A DNA stretch of 64,000 bases, taken from positions 97,404,001 through 97,468,000 of the forward strand of contig NC_045696.1 of NCBI RefSeq assembly GCF_009834535.1. The letters are read 5' to 3'. The first letter of the stretch is position 1. Each line of letters starts with the position of its first letter. Made by a program: the position numbers and the translations under genes. Below the pieces are notes generated by a model. It made no database searches, was not told the origin of the DNA, and saw only the letters and a list, made by a program, of their open reading frames with translations. This document shows positions 39,875-53,561 of this stretch, piece after piece. Source of the stretch: Camelus ferus (lineage: Eukaryota).

Positions 39875-40091
39875 GAAGAAGAGAAGCCCACTCTCTATGT
39901 GTTCAATGCTGTGACCCAAGAGACAATGCGGATAATGGAGAGCATTTCCCTTCTTGGTAAAAAAGTGTCTGATCTGAGAACACTAGTAGCTCTGAGATGT
40001 GGCTTCCCCCTGAGTGTCTTCTGTCTCCGGACGCCAGAGGGACTGGAGATGTATGACTGCAACACACTCAGGGACTACCAGATAGACATTG
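39875..40091 (+). CDS. ANKUB1: ANKUB1 coding exon 3 ([18 protein letters not shown]...[11 protein letters not shown]), UBL domain 2
   Basis: Strong pyrimidine tract ttttctctccccttag|GAA; donor ATTG|gtacgg; 217 nt, phase 0-1; [10 protein letters not shown] resembles ubiquitin DGRTLSDYNI. Confidence 0.94.
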
Positions 40092-40727
40092 GTACGGCCC
40101 ACCACACGTGATAGCAGCCGCCACTCAGCACTCAGGGCCTTTGATATCAGACTCACAACAAAAGGAGGAGTTGTTTCCAAACTAAAACCTCTGTAGGCAC
40201 AGTGTGGATATAAATTATCGACACCCATCTCTGGTGTCTGGGTCTGTGGACTAAGAAATAAGAGTGGTCTCATAGCCCTGCTGTATCTTATTCTCTTTGC
40301 TCAAAGCAGAAGGGCTTGTTAATATCCTCAGGATAGAAGACCAAGACTCAGACCTGTTTATATTTTCCTCTTTCAAAATATACTTCAAGCATATGGTAGA
40401 AGCAAGTTCAAGTGCATATTCCTTTTCCGCTTTTTAATGCAAGTGGTAGCATATGATACATACTGTTCTGAACCTTGCTTTACATGATCTTATTTTAAAA
40501 TAGCGTCAGTTATATTCAGCACTCTTCTGAACAGTATGAAGCCAATACTGAGTAGGCCAAATAGGTGCCTCCGTGAGCTGGCATTCATCCCTGATAGAGA
40601 TTACAACCTGTCTTTAAGTACTGTACTTCCCGGTCACGTCTGCTGTCACTATACATCGTTAAGCCAAACTGAAAGGACTCTCAGATTTATTTTAATCATA
40701 CTGGAAAATGGTTCAAACCTTATATTC

Positions 40728-40819
40728 TTTTTTTTTTTTTTTTTGGAGGCACTGGGGATTGAACCCAGGACCTTGTGCATGCTAAGCAAGTGCTCTGCCA
40801 CTGAGCTACACCCTCCCCC
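40728..40819 (-). mobile_element. tRNA-derived SINE (Vic-1-like)
   Basis: Poly-T followed by ggggattgaacccagg...ccactgagctacaccctccccc. Confidence 0.88.
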
Positions 40820-43800
40820 TAGAGATTCTTGCTTGAGGTGAATAAATCTCTGCTGACAATTAGCACATCTTTAGGTAACATTGTGCTGTAACATTGGTTG
40901 GGTGGAATTTGAATTTTTCCAACTTATAATAGGGCCTTGTAGACATTGTTGAGTTAAGCAGTTTTGCTTTTTATAACTGCTAAATTTGCATTTATTGTTA
41001 CCTCTTATTATATTTGCTTATTCTTTCACGTTATTTTTAATTGAGGCTCTCAAAACTTTGACATCAGTTATCACCCTGTTTTTGATCAGAGGAAGCAACA
41101 TTCTAGGATTTGTCCTCAGAGCACCTTCCTGTAAAGCATGTGTCTGCCCTGCGTGCTTGCTGGGCGATCAGCCTCGCCCAGAACATGGTGGCAGTTGATT
41201 TGAGCAAGGGCACACAAGTGGCACTGAAACCCAAATAACTTATATAATCTAGTTATTTAAGGAGATATGAAAGGATAAATGAGAAAACTCCTTTGGGTGA
41301 CTGTTCTTCAGACTTACGCCACTCAGATCATGATGTGACATTTTAGAGCTCAAAGAGAATTAGAAATGGCCTGGCCCCACCCCAAATTTTTACAAATTCA
41401 AAGAAAGCAGAAAGATTCTGAATGGTTATATGACTTGCTCAAGGTGTGTTTAGGGTTAATAACACCCTTAAAATGACCTTCTTGGAAGGAGGGTTTTCAA
41501 TGTCAAGTTAGAGGCTCGAGCGTGACCAGGGTAGACGGCTTTGGCCACTATGAGGATACAGGGAATGGGAGGAGGGGCAAGGAAAGAGGGGCCTCAGAGG
41601 AAAAGGAGGAAGAGCCTTTGGCCTGCTTCAAACCTTTGCCTAAAGCATCCCTCACAGTCTATAAGTAGCCAGCTCACCTTTTTAAACTACAGAATAAAGG
41701 AGTCTCTGATCAGCCTCTCTTCCAGCTTCACCTCTTGCCAGTCAACAAGTCATCTCTGATGCTGTCGGGAGTTGAACCTTGACCCCTTTCCAAAGTCAGT
41801 GGAAAATCAGAAGGTTTTGGAGAAGTAGTCAAGTTCAGACTGAAAATCAAAGATTTAAGTGGCTCAAATAGTCACTGCACATATTAGCTTCTACAGTAAC
41901 ATACAAGACTGCTTCTACACTCTGGACGTTTATAGTAAACTGGTAAAAATGAGACATGCACATTTACTCAGTTATAATCCACTAAGCCAGCTCAGCGTAG
42001 GCTGAAGGGCTCAAGGGAAGGTATTTAAGAGAATGTTGGGCCTGAGCACACAAAGATGGGAGAAATATGGATTATCTGAGAGGAGGAAGGGAAGACATTC
42101 CAGGCTTCAGGGCCAGAGAAAAGAATAAACCACAGGTTCATGAACCTGGGCTTAATCTTGAAGACAAGAAGCAGGAGACAGTTCCAAAGAGTGGCAGATC
42201 TTTGCTAGGACCAATGGGAATCACAGCTGAGGTCAGGTTGAGGAGGGTCTTAGGATTGAGGCAACAGAGCATGGGCTTAATGTGTTCACAACCAGGGCAA
42301 GTATGTTCTGGGACAGTGGTATTTCAACAGAACTTTAATCTGGTGGCATGCAGCATGAAATACAGAAAGGAGTGGGAGAGACTGGAAGCAGGGTGATACG
42401 TTAACTGGAGCTTTTGATAATCCCAGTATTAACTAATTCCCCTAGCAATGAAGAGACAAGTCTGAGAAACTCATGAGGAAGAGACAGAATGTTGTGCTGG
42501 ACCACATCTAAGAAGAGGGGAACACCAAGGCTCTGACACTAGGACAGCACTGGTGAAATTGGGAAAGGGAGCTTAAGCTTTGGGTCCTAAACTTTAGCTA
42601 TAAAGAAACTCAGAGAATACTTTTTTCTCTGAAAATTACTCAGCTAGTTAATGGCAAAGCTGTAAGTACAGCTGAGGTCTTCTAATTCTTCTCCTGACAA
42701 ATACGGAGCTAGGGCTTGAATGATGGGTGGAGTTCGCAGATGTTGCTGTAGGCGTCCTGCCCATGGAGTTGGGGGTAGAGCCCTATGAGAGGTGTTTTCC
42801 TTAGAAAGTAAATACAGAGAGGAACGTGTCAAGGGCCAAGGGCCCGTGCTCAGTATGTGCTGAAGTCAGCGTAAGTAGAGAAGAGGAGTCAGAAAACGAG
42901 ACACGAAACGCCATCAGAGTCTGGAGGAGAATCGGGACTTTGTATTGTCACAGATGAAGAAAAGACTGTTTGCAGGATGCTGCTAGAAGGCCAAAGACAG
43001 TTTCTTAGAAAAACCTTTTAATTTGGCTTAAAGGTCATTGGTGAGCCCAGAGAGAGCAGTTTTAATAAAATGGATGTTAAATAGAAAGACTGTAGGGATT
43101 AAGACGAAGATAAGTAATAAGGGGATGAAGGGCTTTTGGGTGGTAGAATATTTAATAATTAACTTACCATGAATTTATCAAAGCTAAACATCCACTAATG
43201 TTTGGGATTTTGTAATTCTGTGACTTGGGGTTTAGTGACACATCACATAGGTCCAATATACACACACAACACAACACACACCCCTTTTCTTGCATCAACC
43301 TATGTGGGATAGATGTTCATTTTACTCCCATTTTTAGTTCTTAAATCTCCACCCTGGCTTTTGCTTTCCTCTTGCTTATCTATGTGCTTGTCTGCCCGTT
43401 ATTCTGTCTATATTTTATATATGCTTATAAACTGACATCAGGCCTTTCTGGAACAAAGTGTACTGGAACAAATGAGTGAAGGAATGAATGCCTTTCCTTT
43501 ACAGAATGATGCCATTGGTACTTTTCACTGGGAATGCCTCACGGCATGTTTTCATGGCCAGACTGAGCACATCACATCTGAGAGATTCTTCCAGAAGCAG
43601 GGTCTGATCAATGCTTTGTTTTGATTCCCGTTAGGGGAAACTCAAACCAGAGGAAAGGTTTCCACATTCAGGAAGAAAAATCCCAAATCAGATAGGCAGG
43701 TATTGACCCCAGAGTACATATGAGGAATCCCAAAACTTGGGATACAGGGACCATGTGGGGAGAGCTTGAAGACAATTCCATAGAACAGGCACTTTTGCAG

Positions 43801-45789
43801 GCACCTGCTTTCCTGCAGCGCTTGGGCATGGTAGATGGGTTTGTAAGTAGAGAGTGGGTGAATCCAGGTTTTGTAAATATATGCAATTTGGGGGGAGTCC
43901 TCTTCAAAAAATTAAGAATATAGAATTGGAAAGTTCATGTAGTGAAAGGCCCTGAAGCTTAAGTCTCATTAATTTTACTTTAATTTCAGTTATAGATTTT
44001 AGTTCTATTTTCTGGGGCAACATAGCATTTTAAAAACAGACTTCTATTTTCCAACAGAATTCTTGAGCTTATGAAGGAATTTAACGAGTGACAAAGGAGG
44101 GATTACAAATCAGTTGGGATGGAAGGATTATCCAATAAATGGTGCTGGTTAACTTACTTAGAAATTCTCTGGCTATTCAAAAGTTGAGCAGTAAGAGAAA
44201 AACCATCCATTGTTACTTTTAATCTTTGAGAAACTAGGACTGCTTCATTGCAAGGAACTGAAATTGATAGTTGTAACATCTGTTACATTTGCTTACATAA
44301 AATACAGGGCTTGATGGAGGTGCCCGACTGCTGATGAGAATTTAAATCATGTCATATTTTTTTGTAGTTTTCAGAGCTCATTAGTGGTGGACAGGTTGAT
44401 CTAGAGACCCTGAGGACAGAGCTGAGACCCTGAGACTAAGCAATCACCTAGGGAAAAAGAGATGGGCCAGGAAGACCCCATCTATAGACATCTAGCAGAA
44501 GGAGGTTAGCCTCAAATAAGTCCTACTGGTGGGGTTCCTGGAATAGGACTGCAGGTCAGTCTGCAGACAGCAATTGGTAAGAACGAGGAAGGCAGAGGGT
44601 GAGGAGCCACAGGGATATCTAGCAGGGACCTGGTAGGGGAACCATAGCATCAAGGTAGTGAATGAATCAATGAATGAATGACATGGGAGGTGGGAAATGA
44701 GACAAGCTGGTTGCTGACACTGAAGCCTCTGTCAACATGTAACAGAAATCTAACCCCAGAGATTGAGGTTCAGAGTAAGAAGTCTCTGAGTTCCAAGCTC
44801 AGAGAACAGAGATGGGGCCTCAGTTCCAAAACCCAAAAGGTAGAATAGGATACTAGGACGTATGCTCTGAGGAACAAGGTCAGGGCTTGGTCAGGAGGAA
44901 TAGGGCAACTTACTAGAACAAGGATGTCTAACAGCTACCCACCAAACTTCTGAGCTACTCGCCTGGAATCTTAACAAATTCCCTCCTGCTGAAATTAAGA
45001 TTGTCATGGGCCTGAGGTTGGTTTGATCATTCAAATGGGGGCTGTGTGGCCTCAGATGTGGAAGATCAAGGATGCTGGGGTACAGTGCCAGGCTAAAACC
45101 GTCCAATGTTCATCTCTGAGTGATTTTCATAATAAACTAAAAACATAGCAAGTCATTTAAGTCAGGAGACGAAATAAATGTACTTGGAACAGTACTTAAA
45201 GTCTTCTGTTTCAGTGCCATTTGTAGGAATCAAGTATTTTATAAGCAACTTTAAATACGGCAAGAAGCTTTAGAGAAGCTATTCTCTATAAACTATTCTA
45301 TAGAGAACTATAGAGAAATCTATCATGTCAAAGATGATTCATATTTTGGAAAATGTTTATCAAGGCATTTCCAGAGTGTATTTGCAGAACCACTACAGAA
45401 TAATTCTATAATTCTCCAGCAAAAAGAGTGAATTTTCCTAGTTGAGGCCAGACTTGTGAGCACTGAGGTAGGTTAAGGCAATAATGCAGATCAGGCTCTG
45501 GAGTAAACGAGCACATTAAATAGGGATCTATCCACAAAGGACAGTGAGCCAAGGTCAAGAAATCAAAAACCAGAGTCAACAGTAATCAAAGAAGAGCCCC
45601 ATTTCAAGATCACAGGTGGTAAGGTAGGACGGATGTCCAGGAAGGGTGGGGTCAGCAGAGAGAACATACACTTGGGTGTGTGTCTACCTGTGGAGTGGAG
45701 GTAAGAAGGGAGAGAGCAGGGAAGCAGAGAGAAAAGAAAGAGAAGCAACTGAAAGAAGGAGGCTTTCTAAGCATTAGAAAAAGTTCTAG

Positions 45790-46105
45790 TGTGTGTGGTG
45801 GGGTTGATGAGTAGCTGTCAGATAGCTCAGTGGTAGAGCTCATGCTTAGCATGCAAGAGGCCCTGGGTTCAATCCCCACTACTTCCATTAAAAAAAGAAA
45901 GGAAAGAACCTACTGTATAGCTCAGGGAACTATATTCAGTTTCTTGTAGTAACATATAATGGAAAAGAATCTGAAAATAAAAAATATATATGTCTGTATA
46001 TGTGTAACTGAATCACTTTGCTGTACACCTGAAATTAACATTGTAAATCAACTACACTTCAATAATTTTTTTAAAAAAAGGAAATAAAATTTTAAAAAGA
46101 AGAAA
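45790..46105 (+). mobile_element. Composite insertion: tRNA-SINE head plus L1 3' tail
   Basis: SINE A/B boxes at about 45822-45877, then L1 tail actgtatagctcagggaactatattcag...actacacttcaat; imperfect 14-bp direct repeats flank the whole unit. Confidence 0.75.
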
Positions 46106-47289
46106 AGAAAGAGTCCTAGACACACAAATTCCAGGACAAATTCTACTCTCAGCTTGCTAAGTACCTTCAGGCAACTTCTCATATCTTTGAGCTCAGTCTC
46201 CTAATCTATAAAAGGGGACAACAGAGTGGGCGGGTCCTTTAGGATCTTTTTATCTTCAGCAACCTGTGACTCTAAGATTACTGCTGTTATAATATCCCTC
46301 CTCCCTCCCACTCTTCCTTCTTCCTCCCTCCTTCCTTCATTTCTTCCTTCTCTTCTTCTCACCTGCAAGTATTTATTATGACCTGTCTGAGCCTGGGGAT
46401 ATGTGTAGATAGGCCATGTCACCACTATCCTATCACAACTTTGGCATGTGACTGCTAGGACCAGCATATTGATTCAAAGGCAGCCAATCCGTAGGCTGCC
46501 CAGTGACATCAGCTCTCAGAGCTGAGCTGGTTAGATTGCCGTTTGGAGACAAGTAGAACATAGAGGACAGGAACATGGGCACAGGAGCCAGCTTGCCCAG
46601 CTCTAACTTTTAGCTCCACTGCTTACTGGTTATGTAAAACCTGGGCAAGTTACTTCATCTTACAGTGCCTCAGTTTCCTTAGCTGTCAAATGGAGAAAAA
46701 AATACAACCCATCACTTAGGGTTGTTGTGAATTTTAAATTAGCTTATTCAGGTAAATTACTTAGAACAATGCAGAGCATATAATAAGCACCCAAGGAATA
46801 TTAGCTATTCACACTCCATTATTATTATTATTATCAAGCATTAGTTTTATGAATTCAAATTGAGAAATGTAGAGAAACAAAATTGGTTATCAGTAGAGGG
46901 GGAAATGAAAAGTGTCATGAAATAAGGCTGAGTCATGGCAAACCAATGTTGCATGCATACCAAAGTTGTGTATATTCAGTAATAGAGTTTCAAAGTACAG
47001 TATGGCAACCAGTTGAGCAGTCCTTTAACCTATTTGGAGAGTTGAGAAGCTGGTATAGTCAAGGAGGGCTTCCTGGAGAGGGTGAGGCCAGGGTGGCATC
47101 AGGGTTGTGACGCATCAGGGTTGCACTGGTCGGAGGGTGTGGGGAAGGAGTCAGAAGGGACGGCAAAAGAAGAAATCCAAGGCCAGAAAACAACATGGGG
47201 TACACACAGAAGGGCAGGCCAACCTGCTGGGCTGCTAAGGGTTAGGAGGGCAACACATGGCCAGAACAGGTTTGAGGATTAGGGTGGAA

Positions 47290-48620
47290 CTTTATTCAGC
47301 AAGTACTTACCGAGCACTCATCATGAGCCAGGCACCATCTGGGAATGTAAGCACTGTGAGCGATAGTGGCAAGGTTCCTACTCTCTTGAAGCTTGCATTT
47401 CAGTAGGGAAGGCAAACTTCATCAGGTAAGAAGAAAAACACCAAATTTTAAATAGAACTAAAAGCTCTGAAGTAAAAGAAAGCAGGATAAGGGAATAGAG
47501 AGTGATGTGGGAAGGTGGGGAGGGGCTATTGTAGATAGTTAGCCAGAAGAGGAGACAACATTTGAGCAGAGACCTGAATAAAGATGGCGGGGCGGGGTTG
47601 GGCGGGCTGCCGGAAGCTTCTCAAAGTAGATTTAAGTGAGAGATTGTTTAGGCCTGAAATAGGGCGGGGTGGTTGATGCAAAGGTGAGGAAACAGAGTAA
47701 CAGAGTTCTTCAACATTTATGAAATAAACTTGCCAGGCCTTAGCATTTGTATAGCTGTAGGGGGCATGAGAAAAAGGAAGGCTGGAGAAGCAACCCCCAG
47801 GTTTCTAACTTTGGTAGCAAGGAAGGTGGTGGGGTCACAAACTAAGACACAGAATGCAGGAGGAAAAGCGGGTTGGGGATGAAAGATGGCGAGCTGTCTT
47901 TCAAGGCAGTGGGGTCCTAGTGGGGTCACTTGGATGGAGATTTCCCCATCGAGGGAACCTGGAGCTGGAGCAGAGGCCTGGGCTGGGGTTTGGACTTGGG
48001 AGTGAGTGGTACACGGGGGACCAATGAAGCCAGGTTGCCTGTTAGTCAGGCAACAAGCATGTGCCAGGAGGGGTAGTGAGACCTGAAGGTGCTACCCTTT
48101 TAATAGGTCATGAAAAAAATCTCCAAACAAGTAAAACAATTTCAAGTACTGATGAGAGGCTATGAAGAAGTTAGAATAAGGCCATGTCATCAAGGGTCTT
48201 GGAGGGGAGGAGGGAGTGGTGGCAGAGGTGGCTTTAGCTGTGGCGGCCGAGACTGTCCTCTGTGAGGACATGGTGCGTGAAGTGAAAGCTGAGGAAGAAG
48301 GACCCTGCCCTGAGGAAATCTGGATAAAGACCCTTTGAAGCAAAAGAAATGATAAAGGGCCTCAAATGGGAGTGGATTTGGTGTGCCTGAAGGACAGGCA
48401 AATGGTCAGAGTGGCTGGAAGAGAGAGAGGCCGGCTAGACATGAGAGAGGTCAGGGAGGACCAGATGGGGAGAAGACCGGGTTTCATCCTGAGAGACCGT
48501 GTAGGGGAGAAGAGCAGAAGGCTGAGGAAAGATGCCGGGAAAACACCAGCCTGAAGGACAAAGGGAATGCAGTCACAGAATCAGTAGAGCCTAGACTTTT
48601 GAGGCGCAAGTGGTAAATCC
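47290..48620. mobile_element. L2 element fragments
   Basis: ttattcagcaagtacttaccgagcac...catttgagcagagacctgaa...cccccaggtttctaactt; purine-rich L2 signature. Confidence 0.65.
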
Positions 48621-49105
48621 TCCAGCAGCAATGAACATATCACTTTTATGTTCGTAACACAGAATGGCTCCTATTTTGCAAAGGACCGAGCAAAAGGATC
48701 ATTCAACTCCCCCCACAGCCCACTCGTAAGCTAAAGGCCCAGGAAGCCTGTGTGTCCTGCCTCAGTTTCTTTAGTTTCCTCTTCCAACATCACAGCCTTT
48801 GTTTTCATGGTGACGTTCAGATCACCCTGGCCATAGGATTATTTTAAAATAGCTACAGAATAAAGTTCAGCTTTGCATGCCCTCATGGTGCGGACAAGAA
48901 AACGAAAATGCACAGAGGCTAAAAGGCTTTTCCATGTCAATACGGGCCTAAGCTAAAGATAGCATCCCTGCCTCTTTATTCCAAGGTTACTTTTCATTTG
49001 GCATCTGGCTCAAGCCTCTGTTTGGAGAAAGCTATCATTAGCAGTTTTATGATTGTCAAACCACAGTGATGGATTGGAACCATAACCACCTCTCGTTACC
49101 CACAG

Positions 49106-49220
49106 GCATGACACTTCGCTTGGACGTCTGGGATGGATGGAAGGAATTTCTGATGGGTTGTCTCCTTGGACAAAAACTTAAAGTCCAACGCTACTTATCA
49201 AACGAAAGACCAGTACTCAA
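49106..49220 (+). CDS. ANKUB1: ANKUB1 coding exon 4 ([39 protein letters not shown])
   Basis: Acceptor ttacccacag|GC; donor AA|gtatgg; 115 nt, phase 1-2 fits both neighbouring exons. Confidence 0.92.
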
Positions 49221-50299
49221 GTATGGAGACAAAGCAAATGCTAAATGAATTAAAGTAATTTTTACTAAACTTTCCAAGGAGCTTGAATTTGTAGTTCATG
49301 CTACAGCTGGGGTGCTGTTCCACAGGAGTTCCCCTTAGACATTGCTATTGAGATATTTGCTGCAGTAAGACAGCAGGGATGCCACCACGGCGGACAGCTT
49401 TTGGTGATGGATTGTAATTCAGGTAGACTTTCCTCAGGAAACACTAACTGTCTAAATGGGTGACTTCAGTTTGATTTGGATATTAGACTTTTAATAGCAC
49501 TTTTTAAAAAGCCGTCAGAATAAGTGCCTTGCCATTCTCATATTTAATTATTTTAAAAACCATTACTGCTAACTGATTGGCTGAAAACATTGGCTGCCTT
49601 TTCCTATGCTATCCTGTAACTTTGCAAATTGCATTTAATACAAACATTCACACTTTTGCCATACATGGAGTGTAACTTGTGTGGCTGGGGCAGTGGAGAA
49701 GGATAGGCTCAGACAAGCAGGTGGATATTTAAACATCTCTCTGCCGTCAGCAGTTTCCCAACTGTGTTAAGTGGCATTGCCTTTTTAATTCAGTGGTATT
49801 TTAGAACAGTGCCACCTTGTGGCGATTTAATCACACTTTACAGAAGCCCACACACTAACCAGGAGCTCCCAGGGCTCTGTGAAGTGACAGACTGGAAAAT
49901 CAGCTTCTGCAATTTTATAAGATATTCAATTATTTTAAATAAATTTCTATTTGGGGATAGTTATAATTCTCTTTTCATGCTCTGAATCCAAAGAAATAGC
50001 TGTTGCATTGTTACTTTTAATAGTGCATATTTATTGAGTACTTTGTAGCAGACATTGTATTATATCTATTAACTAATACTTATAACACTTTGATGAGGTA
50101 GATACTATGTTATCTTGTTTAACAGGTAAGGAAACTGATATTAGGATATCAGCCCAATGTCACACAGCTAGCAAGGGCACAAATGGGTTTTGGATCCTGA
50201 CAATTTTAACTCTAGTGCTCATGCACATAACCATCTCCACTTAACCTTTAAATAAAATCTAAGAGCTCAGAGAATATAAGTGATCAGAATGAAAAGCTC

Positions 50300-52130
50300 C
50301 TTTTATTCTTTCATTCAATCAACAAATATCTATTTAGCACATACTATGTATTATGCAAGCAATAAACAAGACATGGCCCCTGCCTTCAGCAAGCTTATAG
50401 TCCCATGGGGAAACAGAAAACAAGGAACCAATTCCTGGAGAAGCAGAAGTGCAAAATGTTTGGGAGGACAAACTCCAGTGCCCATCTACCTAGTTGAACC
50501 CCACTCTCAGTGTTTAGCTGTGTAAACCTAAGCAAGTAGTCATCCCTATAAAACAGAAATAATAATAGTACCTATCTCATAGAATGAGTTTAGAGATTGA
50601 ATGACCTAATAAAATAAGGAACTTAGAGGGCCTCCTGGCACATGGTAAGCAGGATGTAAATGTCAGGTGTCGTTGCCGTTACCAGTCAGTGTAAAAAGTG
50701 TTATGACATGGGCATAGTCCAAAATGACATGGAAATGTATAGTATGGACAACTAACTAGACTTAGGGGATCAGGAAAAGCATCCTGAGAAAGGGAATTGA
50801 GGTTGAGACCTAAAGGGTTGGTACTTGGGTAAACGGCAGAGAGAAGATAAAAATGTTCCAAAACAGATGGAGCCACGTAAGATGGAACTTACCCTGGGGG
50901 ACAAGAAAATGGATTCAAGGAACTGAGAGAAGCTCTACATGGTAGATGAGGAAGAGGAAGAGGAAGCTAGTGGCCAGAGGCTGGAAAGATAAGATGAGTC
51001 CAGCTTATGCAAGCCCCTGTAGGGATATGAAGGAATTTGACTTTATCTTTTAAGTGTTGGGAAGACATTCAAGATAGAGAAAGGCCATGATGAGGTCTGC
51101 ATTTTAGAATGTTGGCTCTGGTGGCAGTGTAAGGAACAGAAGCAGACAGAGACAGGGAGACAGAGATAATGGCAGCCTGAACTAGGCTTAAGGCAGCAGA
51201 GGTGGGGGCAAAGGACAGACTGTGAAAAGATCACCTAGGAGGCAGAATCAACTAGCCTCAGCAGCAAGAGCACTTCTAGTTCCCACAACATTAAGGATGA
51301 GACCAGTTAGTCCACCCAGGAGGGGCTCTTCTCCCCAAATCAAGGAATCTTATCAAATTCAGAGATGCTGGTTTGGACTAACGAATTTCGAAAGAAATTG
51401 ATATGTGAGCCAAAATACCAGTGTGGTGATGTATAACTCTAATGAGTGAATAATCTAACTGTCAGAGGGTCCTAGAAACCTGCATGTCTGGGCAGACCAT
51501 CTTCCTCACACAGGGAAATTACATGAGAAACCACATATAAGTGAGAAGATGGCGTGGTGAGCATGAAATCAGAGTTGGGAGAGTTAGTTACATGCAGCAG
51601 AATTTGGATGATACTAGGCTAGCTTGCATCTGTCTCTACAGTGGGGTCAGACAGCCCTGCCCGAGCGGATCCTGGACAACATCTGGCAGAACCCAGTCTA
51701 GCTTTGACTCCCTAAATCTTATTTCTCTGAACAGTCTTCACCAATCATTCAACCTATGCCTGATGGGGAATTGGAGGGATAGAGACAGTAGGAAGGCCAG
51801 TATGGCCGCAGGACAGCAGAAGAGAAGGGGAGTGGTGGGAACTGGGGCAGGAGTGGGGCAGGGTCCAGGTGAGGAGAGACCTTGTAGCCCAAGGTGAGGA
51901 GTTAGAATTTCAACTGCAGTGAGAAGCTATTGGAGGGTTTGGAACAGAGCACAGGCAACCTCCAACTTAGGCAATAAGAAGATAGCTAAGCGCTGTTTGA
52001 GGAAATGGCCGCAGGGGGATAAGAGGAGGTGAGAGACCAGTTAGGAGACGGTGGCACTGTGGTAGTGCTGGTGGGGGAAAACCTAGTGGTTTAGATCAAA
52101 ATAGCAGTGGAGACTTTGAGAAGCCAGAAA
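50300..52130. mobile_element. L2 fragments with an embedded MIR
   Basis: cattcaatcaacaaatatctatttagcac (L2 end); tttatcttttaagtgttgggaagacatt; MIR-like aataatagtacctatctcatag. Confidence 0.6.
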
Positions 52131-52279
52131 ATAAGGACTGTTAGAAAAAACAAAGCAAACAAACATACAGAGCATTCAGATTTCTAAAACGTGCTGGATT
52201 TCTCCCAATACTTTCCCAGTTAATATAAAGCTTGATATTTTTCTTGCGCATTTGATATTCATAAGAAAGAAGACCGCTC

Positions 52280-52364
52280 TGGGGGGACGTTACAGCTCAG
52301 TGGCACAGTGCCTGCTTACATTAAACAAACAAACCTAATTACACCCCAAAAAAGAAAAAAAAAA
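52280..52364 (+). mobile_element. Internally deleted tRNA-SINE (B box missing)
   Basis: ggggggacgttacagctcagtggcacagtgcctgctta joined directly to cattaaacaaacaaacctaattac and an A tail. Confidence 0.7.
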
Positions 52365-52622
52365 TAGAAAGAAAGACAACCACAAAGGAAACCAGTCTGA
52401 AGTGTTTACGTGTGCACAGTAGGATAATGTGCATAATAAGCAGGACCTGTGCAGGTTAACCTATGTGCATATTACTATGTGCCTTTTCTAAAAACATTTT
52501 AGGTAAAAGTTTGGAGGAAATAAAGATTTTAACTGGAATGTTTCATGGGCATTTAGTGTAACTACATTTGCCTGTTTGCTGACTTTCTAAACACCCTACT
52601 CTTGCTTGTTTCATTCATTCAG

Positions 52623-53561
52623 GTATCAGAAAAGGGTAGCCCTGTACATCGCTGCCTTTTATGGGTACGTTGAGCTCACGGAATGGGCCCTGAAGCAGGG
52701 TGTGCGGCCCAACGAGGCGGTCGGTGTGCACCCCTATCGAGCATGGTGCCACGAAGCTCTGCACGCAGATGTCTCTAAATGCCCCATTCATGCAGCCGTA
52801 GAAGCGGGCCAACTGCTGATTCTGAAGGCCTTTGTCAACTGCAGCGTGCTGTGCCTGGAATGCAAAAATGCAGCGGGGCAAACTCCCCTGGCTATTGCAT
52901 TCAAACACAAGCAGAAAGACTGCGTATTATATTTACTGAGTAAAATGTGGTCCACGGTTTCCTTTCTGAAAATCTCAGTCCCTATGAGGATTTATATTAA
53001 AATAAAACAGTGGATACTCAGAGCTCAGAGTCACAACCTCAATAAAAGCCAGCTTTGTGGAGCAAGGGTCTTTGGGGCAAAAGTTGGAGACACTGTGATG
53101 ATGGTGGATGGTTTCACCAAACCAAAAATGACCTCCGAAAGCTGGCATAAGGCTGGAAACAAGGACTCAGAAGGCACGGTGGGCAAACTACTGCCTCTCA
53201 GGGAGCAGACTGTGAGCAGGAAACCTGTCAATCTTTTAACAATTTCACAGCAGGACACAAGAGGACAAACACTCAAGTTTCCTCCTCTGGTAGACTCAAA
53301 TACATTCTCGGAAATACGAAAACAACAAAAAAATCTGAAGAAAATTAACGCCACAGCTAGGAATAAAGAAAAGCTTATAAAAAATACGTATCTTCCCCAA
53401 GTCCCCCTCCCTCCGGTTTCAAGAGTGGGCTACTCACACCCATCGTTTTACTATGCAACACCCAGGGCCGGCTGTCTACTCAGATCCCCTTTGGCGTCTT
53501 TCTCAGAGCACAGTGGGATGACTCCAAGGGAGAATGCCATCTACTGCTTAGCTGTGGCCAG
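52623..53561 (+). CDS. ANKUB1: ANKUB1 coding exon 5 (ankyrin repeats plus basic/Pro-rich region)
   Basis: Longest ORF in the window (319-aa track). Ankyrin-like motifs ALYIAAFYGYVELTEWAL, CPIHAAVEAGQLLILKAFV and GQTPLAIAFKHKQKDCVLYLL. Acceptor tcattcag|G; donor AG|gtaatt; 939 nt, phase 2-2. Confidence 0.96.

Noticed and set aside
47589..47606. G4 motif GGGGCGGGGTTGGGCGGG
   Set aside because: The motif is real but isolated inside an L2 fossil with no other sign of function.
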